Made by a program: the position numbers and the translations under genes. From Myxococcota bacterium (GTDB taxonomy: Bacteria > Myxococcota > UBA4151): a DNA stretch of 24,600 nt. Location: NCBI GenBank assembly GCA_036338695.1, contig JAYZBQ010000078.1, positions 1 through 24,600 of the forward strand, written 5' to 3'. Below, piece after piece: positions 16,788 to 24,600 of the stretch (position 1 is the stretch's first letter; each line of letters begins with the position of its first letter). The notes under the pieces were generated by a model. It saw only the letters and a list, made by a program, of their open reading frames with translations, made no database searches and was not told the DNA's origin.

Positions 16788-17707
16788 AGGTCGTTGCGCT
16801 CTCAGGGGGCGTCGGCGGTGCCCGCTTGGTCGCGGGGCTCGCGGACTGCCTCGACCCGGAAGAGCTCACGGTTATCGTTAATACGGGCGACGACTTCAGG
16901 CATTGCGGGCTCTGGATCAGCCCCGACCTCGACACCGTCTTGTACACGCTCTCAGGCCGCGCACCGCTTGAGCGTGGCTGGGGTCTCGCCCAAGAAGATA
17001 CCCGCGCCATGGAAGGCCTTCGGGCGCTCGGAGGGCCTGACTGGTTCTCGCTGTCCGACCAAGACCTTGCGACCCACCTGCGGCGTACCCATCGCCTTGA
17101 GCAAGGCGCCAGCCTGACCACGGTAACGGAAGAGCTCATGCGGTCGCATCAGCTGCCCTACCGCGTGCTTCCCATGACCGATCAACCCCACCCGACCCAG
17201 CTGCGCAGCGGCGATCGGGTCTACGCCTTTCAGGACTGGTTCGTCGCTCAGCGCGCCAAACCGCCGGTCGATGAGGTCCTTTTTCCTGCAAACGGTAAGG
17301 CGAGCGACGCGGTGATTAACGCCATGGCCTCCGCTGATTTAATCGTGCTGACGCCGTCGAACCCCTACCTGTCGATCGATCCGTTGATCAGCCTTTCGAA
17401 CCTTAGCGAGGCTTGGGCTGATCGGCGCTGCCCTTGCGTCGCCGTCAGCCCGATCGTCGGCGGAGCTGCGGTCAAGGGGCCGCTGGCTCAGCTCATCGAG
17501 CAGCTCGCGCAGCGACCGCCCAGCCCCGACGCGGTCGCTGCGCATTATGGTGACAAGGTCGACGGCTGGATCCTCCAAGACGGCGACGTGCTCACGCAGA
17601 GCATACCGCATCGCCACGCGCAGACCCTGATGACCAGCACGGCGCGACGAAAAGCGCTCGCAAGGGTTGTCCTCGATTGGGGTCCGACCTTACCGTCTCG
17701 CGCATGA
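16784..17707 (+). CDS. cofD: 2-phospho-L-lactate/PEP transferase CofD (FbiA)
   Basis: LSGGVGGARL, IVNTGDDF, ISPDLDTVLYTL, WF.L.D.D.ATH, LPMTD, FQDWFV, PSNPYLSIDP, VSPIVGG.AVKGP. Confidence 0.95.
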   Translation: MKVVALSGGVGGARLVAGLADCLDPEELTVIVNTGDDFRHCGLWISPDLDTVLYTLSGRAPLERGWGLAQEDTRAMEGLRALGGPDWFSLSDQDLATHLRRTHRLEQGASLTTVTEELMRSHQLPYRVLPMTDQPHPTQLRSGDRVYAFQDWFVAQRAKPPVDEVLFPANGKASDAVINAMASADLIVLTPSNPYLSIDPLISLSNLSEAWADRRCPCVAVSPIVGGAAVKGPLAQLIEQLAQRPPSPDAVAAHYGDKVDGWILQDGDVLTQSIPHRHAQTLMTSTARRKALARVVLDWGPTLPSRA

Positions 17708-18249
17708 ACATCCTGCTGCCGATCCGCGCCCCTGAGTTTGCAAAGTCTCGGCTTGATGATGCGCGCCGCGCATCGATCTATCGCCAGCTCGTCGAGCGGA
17801 CCGTTCGCGTCATTCAAGAGCACGCCTCCGATTTTACCGTCTACTTGCTCTGCCCTGAAGAGGAGCAAGCCGAGTGGCCTGACCTGGCGCACATCGCCTG
17901 GCTCGACGACGAGCACCCTGGGCGGCTTGCGCAGGGCATCACCCACGCGCTGAGCCACTGGGAGCCCCCTGCGCTCGTGCTGATGCCGGATCTACCGCTC
18001 CTGTGCGCCGATGATCTCTCGGCGATGCTCAAGCAGACGCAGGACCTTGTCTGGATCCCCGACCGCAGCGGTCATGGGACCAACGGGATGATCTGGCGGG
18101 CTGGACCCCTGCCCTACCTCGCCTTCGGTCGACCGGATTCCATGCGCATCCACCTCAACGCGACGCGCGCCCCACGCCTCTACCGCCGCGGCTTAGCCTG
18201 GGACGTCGACACTCGGGCAGACTGGGACGCCTTACCGGCCGGGCGGTAA
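17704..18249 (+). CDS. cofC: CofC/FbiD guanylyltransferase (short, 181 aa)
   Basis: LLP.R....AKSRL, VLMPDLPLL...D, PDR.G.GTN, FG...S...H, DVDT.AD; ATGA overlap with cofD. Confidence 0.88.
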   Translation: MNILLPIRAPEFAKSRLDDARRASIYRQLVERTVRVIQEHASDFTVYLLCPEEEQAEWPDLAHIAWLDDEHPGRLAQGITHALSHWEPPALVLMPDLPLLCADDLSAMLKQTQDLVWIPDRSGHGTNGMIWRAGPLPYLAFGRPDSMRIHLNATRAPRLYRRGLAWDVDTRADWDALPAGR

Positions 18250-19409
18250 GCAAACGCATCGCTCGCTCGCAGGGTAAAGAAGTCGCCGTAATCCGCTCGC
18301 CATGAGCTCGAATCCGTCGCTTCGGTCGGGCGGTAAAGCGTATCGCGCTGGACCGCTTGACGCCCCACGCTCGCCGCCAGTCCGATCAACTCTTCGGGTG
18401 TCTTGAGTTGACCAAAGGGAGCACCCGCTGCCGTTGAGATGCTCTCGTTGATCAAGGTTCCCCCCAGGTCGTTGGCTCCGGCCTCAAGGAGCTTCTTCGT
18501 GCGCTGATCGCCCTCTTTCACCCAGCTCACTTGAAGGTTCGGGATGAGGTCACCGAGCACCAGACGACTTGTCGCATAGACGGCGAGGCGCTCGGCGTCG
18601 CTCGGCCCGGGTCGAACCCCGGGTTGATCGGCGAACAAAGGCGCCTCTTCGTGGACAAAAGCGAGCGGTACAAATTCGGTAAAACCGCCAGTGCGCGCCT
18701 GAATAGAACGCAGCGTCAGGAGGTGAATCGCCTGCTCTCGTGCGCTCTCGATGTGTCCAAACATCATCGTCGCGGTCGTACGAATGCCAAGCGAATGAAC
18801 GGTCTCAATAACCTCAATCCACTGCTCGGTCGTGATGCGCCCCACGGCGAGCTTCTTTCGGACGATATCGACCAAAATCTCAGCGGATGTTCCCGGTACG
18901 CTGTCCAACCCCGCATCTTTCAGCTGCTTGACCAAGGAGCGCAGCGAGCGCTGACTGCGCCGAGCGCCGTGCTTGAGCTCTTCGGGTGACCAGGCGTGCA
19001 GGTGCAGACTGGGGACCGCCTCTTTGACCGCCGCCGTGATCGCTAAGTACTCGTCAGCGTCTAGCTCGGGCGCAAGGCCTGCTTGAATGCAGATCTCGGT
19101 CGCGCCCATCGCCTCCGCCTCACGCGCTCGCCGCACGATCTCTGTGCGGGGCAGCAGATACCCGCGACCGCTCTGCACATGATCCGAGAAGGCACAGAAA
19201 TGGCAGCGCTTGGTGCAGACGTTGGTGAAATTGATGTTGCGATTGACCACAAAGGTCACCTCGTCGCCGACCTGCTCCCAGCGGCGGCGGTCCGCGCTGC
19301 TCACCAAGCGTTCGAGATCGTCGCCGCGCGCCTCGAGCAGAGCCTGCGCCACCTTCAAGCTTGGCTCCTCGCGCGCTTCCAACTGCGCGAGCGCCTCAGC
19401 GAACCTCAC
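18180..19409 (-). CDS. cofH: FO synthase subunit CofH (radical SAM)
   Basis: VTFVVNRNINFTNVCTKRCHFCAFS, TEICIQAG, PGTSAEIL, TMMFGHIE, TGGFTEFVPL.F, NLQVSWVK, GANDLGGTLINESIS.AAGA; GTG 19409 overlaps the cofG stop; GGAGG RBS. Confidence 0.93.
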   Translation of the reverse strand: MRFAEALAQLEAREEPSLKVAQALLEARGDDLERLVSSADRRRWEQVGDEVTFVVNRNINFTNVCTKRCHFCAFSDHVQSGRGYLLPRTEIVRRAREAEAMGATEICIQAGLAPELDADEYLAITAAVKEAVPSLHLHAWSPEELKHGARRSQRSLRSLVKQLKDAGLDSVPGTSAEILVDIVRKKLAVGRITTEQWIEVIETVHSLGIRTTATMMFGHIESAREQAIHLLTLRSIQARTGGFTEFVPLAFVHEEAPLFADQPGVRPGPSDAERLAVYATSRLVLGDLIPNLQVSWVKEGDQRTKKLLEAGANDLGGTLINESISTAAGAPFGQLKTPEELIGLAASVGRQAVQRDTLYRPTEATDSSSWRADYGDFFTLRASDAFAYRPAGKASQSARVSTSQAKPRR

Positions 19410-20464
19410 GCCGCCTCCAACGCGAGGGCGCATTGTCGCGCAGGCTCGATAAGCCGCTCATCGATCCAGCCCCCCTCAAGCCGATAGCGCTCATAGACCG
19501 GCAGGCGCGGGCGAAGGGTCTTTCCCTGGGCGGCGCATCGTGCCGCGAGCGCATCGATCACGGGCCAAGGATAGCCGGGGTTGATGAAGTCTGGAGTCAC
19601 CGGCGAGATCCCGCCAAAATCGTTGATGCCGGCCTCGATCAAAGCCTCCACGGCGCCTGGCGCAAGATTCGGTGGCGACTGGATCGATATCGAAGCCGGC
19701 AGGCGCATGCGCGCCAACGCAATGGTCTCGAGCAGATCCGGGTCGATCGCGCCAGGGTGAGCTCGCATCTTCGTCCCCGCATGCGCCCGAAAGGGCTGTA
19801 CGATCACCTCTTGCAAGTGACCGTGCTGGTCATGAAGCGCCGCCAGCGCGTCAATCGCCTCGACCCGCTCTCCCTTTGTCTCACCAAAGCCAACGAGAAT
19901 TCCCGATGTAAAGGGGATCATCAGCCGCCCCGCTTCGGCGATCATATGACGCCGAAGCGCCGGTCGCTTATCGGGCGCGCTGTGGTGCGGCATCCCCGGC
20001 TCACACAGGCGGTCCGAATTGGACTCGAGCATCAGCCCCAAGCTGACGTTGCAGCGGCGCAACCTCGCCATCGCCTCCGATGAGAGGATCCCGGCGTTGG
20101 TGTGAGGAAGAAGCCCTCGCTCGATGGCCTGATGAGCGATCCATTCAAGATAGGACACCGTGCTGTCAAAGCCCCAAGACTCGAGCAAGCGCTGGTAAGC
20201 TGGAAAGCCGGTCTCGGGCGTATCGCCGAGACACAAGAGCGCCTCGATGCAGCCGAACGCGCTGGCTTGATCGAGCGCTGCGAGCACCTGCTCTCGCGTC
20301 ATCGTCTGCGCGCCAGGCTGCCCGGGGCTACGCCGAAAAGCGCAATAACTGCAGACGTTTCGGCACAAATTCGTGACAGGTAGGAACACTTTGGGGCTGT
20401 AGGTCAGCGTCTGACCGTACGCCCGATCTCGCTTCGTCGATGCGGCTTCAAGGCGGCGGGGCAT
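19406..20464 (-). CDS. cofG: FO synthase subunit CofG (radical SAM)
   Basis: TYSPKVFLPVTNLCRNVCSYCAF, GC.EAL...GD.PE, GLLPHTNAG, SLGLMLES, PFTSGILVG.GE, HLQEVIVQPF, IQSPPNL, AGINDFGGISPVT.DFINP; AAGGAG RBS. Confidence 0.95.
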   Translation of the reverse strand: MPRRLEAASTKRDRAYGQTLTYSPKVFLPVTNLCRNVCSYCAFRRSPGQPGAQTMTREQVLAALDQASAFGCIEALLCLGDTPETGFPAYQRLLESWGFDSTVSYLEWIAHQAIERGLLPHTNAGILSSEAMARLRRCNVSLGLMLESNSDRLCEPGMPHHSAPDKRPALRRHMIAEAGRLMIPFTSGILVGFGETKGERVEAIDALAALHDQHGHLQEVIVQPFRAHAGTKMRAHPGAIDPDLLETIALARMRLPASISIQSPPNLAPGAVEALIEAGINDFGGISPVTPDFINPGYPWPVIDALAARCAAQGKTLRPRLPVYERYRLEGGWIDERLIEPARQCALALEAA

Positions 20465-22424
20465 CAAGCGGCTCCTTGATCATCGCTTCGCCCGACTTGA
20501 CCTCCAAGACCAAGAAGCCGACGCGGCGGTTTCGGCGGCGCGCACGACGCCCTCTTCGGCGATCGATCGGGCGCGTCCAGCCGTAGCCCTTCGCCTCGAG
20601 CAACTCAGCCGAGACCCCTCGCGCGATCAAAGCCTCCCTGACCTGATCGGCGCGCTTTTGGCTGAGACGGATGTTTGCGCGGCGCCGGCCGCTGCGGTCG
20701 GTGTGCCCCTCGATGCGCAGCTTCACGATCTCTGGGTGGTCTTTGATCAGTTGGGCGATGAGGTCGATGGTCTGCTCCGATCTCTTGGCGATCGCCCAAT
20801 GGTGTTTACGAAAGTGAATCCGCGCCTTGATCCGGTGCGGCTTGAGGCGCTTTCGCTCCAACACGGCCTTTTCTGGGCAGCCATCTTCATCATCGATCCC
20901 GTTCTTTGTCTCGGCCTCATTGGGGCAGTCATCGTCCGCATCGAGCAAGCCGTCGTTGTCATTGTCAGGCTCCGGGCAACCATCCGTGTCTTGCCATTTG
21001 TCGAGGTCCTCTTTGACCTTGGGACACTGATCGTCCGGATCCAAGATACCATCAAAATCCGCGTCTGGCTCAGGGCAACCGTCTTCATCGTCGATCTGGT
21101 TAATGTTTTCTGGGATCAAGGGACACTTATCGTCCGCATCTAGGATCGTATCTCGGTCGTTGTCTGGATCCGGGCAGCCGTCTTCATCTTCAAAGCCATC
21201 GAGATCCTCCGGATTTTTCGGGCAGCGATCCTCAGCGTCTTCGATACCATCTTGATCCTGATCGGGGTCAGGGCAACCGTCGAGGTCAAGATGCCCATCA
21301 AGGTCCTCCGCCTCATCGGGGCAGTCATCCACCCGGTCCAAAATCGCGTCGCCGTCGTTGTCGTCGTCGGGGCAGCCATCAGCGTCCTGAAAACGATCAG
21401 GATCCTCAGCCTTAAGGGGGCATTGATCAGCGGAGTCAGGCACCTGATCTTGGTCGTTGTCCGGGTCGGGGCAGCCGTCTTGATCTTCAAAGCCGTCACG
21501 ATCCTCAGCAGTTTTAGGGCATTGATCGGCAGCGCCGCGCAGTCCATCGCCGTCCGGATCGGGTGGGCGCCGGTAACTCCCAACGACGCCGACGGCCGCG
21601 CCCCAGGCGGGCTGACCCGGGCGGCTGCTCAGCGGACTATAACCGGACACCGGCACGCGCACCGAGCCAAGCCGCAAGGCGACGCCAGCTTGAGCGCTCA
21701 GCGCCAACGCGGGCGCGCCCCCGACCTCGGCGCTGAGCTCACCATGAAGCGCCCAGTCGACGTCCTTGGGCGCGTAGCTCAGACCGGTCAACAAGCGGAC
21801 GTGGTCGTCATAAACTGCCGTAAAGAGGGTGCGATGCGGCTCAAACCGGTACCCGAGTTGCGCCCCCAGGCTCAACGCCTGACCATGCCAGCTCACCACC
21901 AGATCCCACGCGCCGGCCACGGCGCCTCGCCCGCTGAACGCCTCCGAGTCGCCCGCAGGTAAGTCGAGGCTCACGACCGTCGCTGCGTGCCACGGTGCAG
22001 CGACGACCGGCAGGCTCACTTGAACCCAGACGCTTGGATCGATCCAACCCGAACTTGGCAGCTGTCCGCTTTGGTAGCCAGGGTACACGCCCACCTGATC
22101 GATCAGATACGGGACGCTGCCGCCCAGGCGCAGCGCATACGGCAGCGTCACAGCCCAACCGACAGCGCCCTCAACCCTGCGCTCGATGATGCTGCGATTC
22201 TGCTCATCAAGCTGGTCGCTCAAGAGCCCCACATGGTGCCGCAGACCGGCGCCGACATGCCAGCGCCACACCTCGCCGAGGCGGGCATCAAACAGGCTGA
22301 CAAAGGGTGAGCCGTCCAGGCGCTGCTGCGTGGGCATCAGCACGACGTCGGCTCGTCGAGCGTCCCGGTGAGGCGCGGCGGATGCGCCGAGCGAAACGGC
22401 AAGAAGCAGCACGGTCAGGCGCAT
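20448..22424 (-). CDS. TraB-like outer-membrane protein: signal peptide, beta-barrel-like region, thrombospondin type 3 repeats, OmpA C-terminal domain
   Basis: Start ATG 22424 (MRLTVLLLAVSLGASA); alternating aromatic/aliphatic strands; seven Asp/Cys repeats; OmpA motifs IEGHTD, N..LSQKRA..V, GYG...P, NRRV.F. Confidence 0.9.
   Translation of the reverse strand: MRLTVLLLAVSLGASAAPHRDARRADVVLMPTQQRLDGSPFVSLFDARLGEVWRWHVGAGLRHHVGLLSDQLDEQNRSIIERRVEGAVGWAVTLPYALRLGGSVPYLIDQVGVYPGYQSGQLPSSGWIDPSVWVQVSLPVVAAPWHAATVVSLDLPAGDSEAFSGRGAVAGAWDLVVSWHGQALSLGAQLGYRFEPHRTLFTAVYDDHVRLLTGLSYAPKDVDWALHGELSAEVGGAPALALSAQAGVALRLGSVRVPVSGYSPLSSRPGQPAWGAAVGVVGSYRRPPDPDGDGLRGAADQCPKTAEDRDGFEDQDGCPDPDNDQDQVPDSADQCPLKAEDPDRFQDADGCPDDDNDGDAILDRVDDCPDEAEDLDGHLDLDGCPDPDQDQDGIEDAEDRCPKNPEDLDGFEDEDGCPDPDNDRDTILDADDKCPLIPENINQIDDEDGCPEPDADFDGILDPDDQCPKVKEDLDKWQDTDGCPEPDNDNDGLLDADDDCPNEAETKNGIDDEDGCPEKAVLERKRLKPHRIKARIHFRKHHWAIAKRSEQTIDLIAQLIKDHPEIVKLRIEGHTDRSGRRRANIRLSQKRADQVREALIARGVSAELLEAKGYGWTRPIDRRRGRRARRRNRRVGFLVLEVKSGEAMIKEPLDAPPP
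20871..21563 (-). repeat. Seven tandem 33-aa (99-bp) TSP3-like Ca-binding repeats
   Basis: Unit P/D-DxDxDxxxDxxDxCPxxxExxDxxxDxDGCP(D/E) counted seven times in the translation; the DNA copies are diverged. Confidence 0.9.
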
Positions 22425-22504
22425 CGTCGCCGTCGCCGCAAGAAAAGACCAAACGCAAGCAAAAGCAGCGCGCTGGCGTCGACCGAGCCGCACGAGCAGC
22501 CGCC
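22415..22504 (-). other. MYXO-CTERM sorting signal
   Basis: GGCSC motif, short spacer, hydrophobic helix and Arg5 cluster at the extreme C-terminus. Confidence 0.85.
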
Positions 22505-24598
22505 CGTGAGCTCACCTTGGAGGTGGCCAACGAAGTCGTCGTCGGGGTCGAGCGGGTCGGATGCATGCTGAGTTACCTCGAGCCCATCCGAGGCGCCGCC
22601 GCCGTCGGTGTCAGGGTTGAGCGGTGAGGTTCCGGTCCCCTTGACCTCCTGCCCATCGGTGAGGCCATCGCGGTCGCTGTCCGCGCTCAAGCGGTCGGTG
22701 CCGGCGACTCGCTCCTCCTCGTTCAAGAGACCATCACCGTCCGGATCGGCTCCGTAGTCGTCATCGCCGAGCAAGGGGTCGGTGCCATCTTCGAGCAGCT
22801 CGTGCGCGTCGCTGCGGCCGCCTCCGTCGGTGTCCGCTTTATCGGCGCGGGTCTCGCCAGCGTCCAAGCACCCGTCGAGATCTCGGTCCTCGAAGCCATC
22901 GCCCAGCCCGTCTCCATCGCTGTCATCGCTTAAGGGGTCGCTTCGGTGGGGCGTCGCACAGCCCGGGCTTAGCAGCTCCATCCCATCGAGGAGGCCGTCA
23001 TCGTCGCCGTCGGGATCGAGCGGGTCGGTCTCTCCGGCTGAGACGGCGCCGTCGCCGTCAGCGTCTTCCTCCCCGTCGCTCAGGCCGTCGCTGTCCGAAT
23101 CAGCGACTAATGGATCGGTCACGCTCGCTGGGTCGCGATCGAGCGGCGCTTCCCCCAGCTCCAGCGCGTCGCTCAAGCCATCGCCGTCCGTGTCGCCTCG
23201 CAGCGGATCGGTACCACGCATGATCTCGCGTCCATCCATGAGCCCGTCACCGTCGGTGTCCGCGGCGAGCGGGTCGGTCTCATCGACGTCTCGCTCACCG
23301 TTGCCGTTGGCGTCCTCCTCGCCATCACTCAGCCCATCGCCGTCGGTGTCTGCGACCAGAGGGTGGGTCTCATCTTGGTCCACTTGACCGTTGCGATTTC
23401 GGTCCTCTTGACCATCGCTGAGCCCGTCGCCGTCGGTATCCGGCAAGGTCGGGTTGCTGCCTCCATCGCATCCACCCGAGCCACCATAGCGCCCCAACCC
23501 ACCAGCGGACGGTGGCAGCTCGAGGTGATCGCTCAAGCCATCACCGTCGCTATCTTGCGCGCACAGACTCGGCGCCATCGGTGCGCCGACGCACCGAAAG
23601 GTCGCCTCGGCTCGGTTGCTCACGCCGTCACCGTCGGCGTCGGCGTCTGCGTCGCTCGGGTCGAGTGGGTTCAGCGGAGCTTCCTGACACTCGGGGTCTT
23701 GCGCGGAGGCGCGCTCGACGGCGTCGTTGATCCCGTCGCGATCGCTGTCGGCGCGCGCGGCGTCGGTCTCGCCAAGGTCAGGGTCCCAGCGGCCGTTTCG
23801 ATTATGGTCCTCTTGACCATCATCAAGCCCGTCGCCGTCGCTGTCGGGCTCGAGCGGGTTCGTAGTTTTTTCACCGCCATCAGCGTCCGCTACAAACACG
23901 TTCAAGTCGGTGTCGTTTTGATGCTCGAGATGCAGGGAAATTTGCGGTGAGACCAACCCGATTTCGGTGGCGTCAAGCAGACCATCTCCGTCGCTGTCAG
24001 ACTCGATGGGGGCTCGAAGGTAGTCAGTAAACTGACGCTGAGTCTCGAACCCATCGAGTAACCCGTCGTCGTCACTATCAGCATCTCTTGGGTTTGAGAC
24101 GCGATAGTCATTCAAGAACAACAATTCCTGACTGTCGGATAACCCATCACCATCGGAATCGGCTAGGAGGCGACGCGTTCTGCTCACGTTCGCCTCATAG
24201 CGATCAGTCAAGCCATCCGAATCCGCGTCTTCAAGCACATCGCTGGGGTCATCCGCACGCGTACCATCTTCGACCTCGACGACATCGAAGATACCGTCGC
24301 CATCCGTCTCGGTCAGACACGGCGATGATCGCGTTGCGCCACCAAACTCTGAGGCGTCGCCTAGCCCGTCCCAGTCCGAATCGGATAGCGTCGGTCTCAA
24401 GCACTCAAACCCTGGACGGAGTCGCAGCTGCACCTCGAACCCATCGCTCAGCCCGTCTTGGTCCGTGTCCGGATCGAACGGGTCGGTCTCAAGCCGCCGC
24501 TCGCTCCCATCGCTCAGGCCGTCGTCGTCACAGTCAGCGTCGGTGGGGTCTGTCTCGCCTGCGTTGCGGTCAAATCGCCCGTCCCCGTTGAGGTCCTC
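22415..24598 (-). CDS. 5'-truncated large surface protein with many D-x-D-G-D-G-L-x-D-x-x-E Ca-binding repeats and a MYXO-CTERM sorting tail
   Basis: The frame stays open past the ORF-track start (24433) to the window edge (EDLNGDGRFDRNAGETDPTDADCDDDGLSDGSE...); it ends GGCSCGSVDASALLLLAFGLFLRRRRRCA. Confidence 0.9.
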   Translation of the reverse strand, partial: EDLNGDGRFDRNAGETDPTDADCDDDGLSDGSERRLETDPFDPDTDQDGLSDGFEVQLRLRPGFECLRPTLSDSDWDGLGDASEFGGATRSSPCLTETDGDGIFDVVEVEDGTRADDPSDVLEDADSDGLTDRYEANVSRTRRLLADSDGDGLSDSQELLFLNDYRVSNPRDADSDDDGLLDGFETQRQFTDYLRAPIESDSDGDGLLDATEIGLVSPQISLHLEHQNDTDLNVFVADADGGEKTTNPLEPDSDGDGLDDGQEDHNRNGRWDPDLGETDAARADSDRDGINDAVERASAQDPECQEAPLNPLDPSDADADADGDGVSNRAEATFRCVGAPMAPSLCAQDSDGDGLSDHLELPPSAGGLGRYGGSGGCDGGSNPTLPDTDGDGLSDGQEDRNRNGQVDQDETHPLVADTDGDGLSDGEEDANGNGERDVDETDPLAADTDGDGLMDGREIMRGTDPLRGDTDGDGLSDALELGEAPLDRDPASVTDPLVADSDSDGLSDGEEDADGDGAVSAGETDPLDPDGDDDGLLDGMELLSPGCATPHRSDPLSDDSDGDGLGDGFEDRDLDGCLDAGETRADKADTDGGGRSDAHELLEDGTDPLLGDDDYGADPDGDGLLNEEERVAGTDRLSADSDRDGLTDGQEVKGTGTSPLNPDTDGGGASDGLEVTQHASDPLDPDDDFVGHLQGELTGGCSCGSVDASALLLLAFGLFLRRRRRCA

Positions 24599-24600
24599 CT

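Noticed and set aside
18180..19409. MqnC/MqnE (futalosine pathway) identity for this radical SAM gene
   Set aside because: Coupling to cofG, the neighbouring cofCDE genes and the ESISTAAGA-type C-terminal motif support CofH.
20871..24600. Periodic DNA repeats as a CRISPR array or mobile element
   Set aside because: They are degenerate, in-frame protein repeats; there are no identical direct repeats with unique spacers and no cas or transposase genes.
1..24600. tRNA, rRNA, integrase or island boundary repeats
   Set aside because: None recognised; nearly all sequence is protein coding and no abrupt compositional break is evident by eye.

Overview
High-GC, very gene-dense bacterial window with almost no intergenic DNA. 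Both flanks carry Myxococcota-type surface proteins. On the left is a cysteine-rich-repeat/C-type-lectin protein; on the right are a Ca-binding-repeat protein with a MYXO-CTERM tail and a TraB-like barrel/TSP3/OmpA protein. Between them lies a steroid C/D-ring (HIP) catabolic cluster resembling the mycobacterial KstR2 regulon: two SDRs, fadD3, echA20, ipdA, ipdB, ipdC, a second hydratase, fadE31/fadE32 and fadA6. It is arranged as two divergent arms around a 73-bp promoter containing a palindrome that fits the KstR box exactly. The long arm continues without a gap into an F420-dependent LLM oxidoreductase and is followed by fno and the core F420 biosynthesis genes (cofE, cofD, cofC, split cofG and cofH). 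Each arm ends in a small monoheme c-type cytochrome lipoprotein (P460-family on one side, cytochrome c'-like on the other). The best candidate for an undescribed system is F420- and cytochrome-linked steroid ring degradation in a myxobacterium-like host. Family calls come from motif recognition and recalled reference sequences; no database searches were run.
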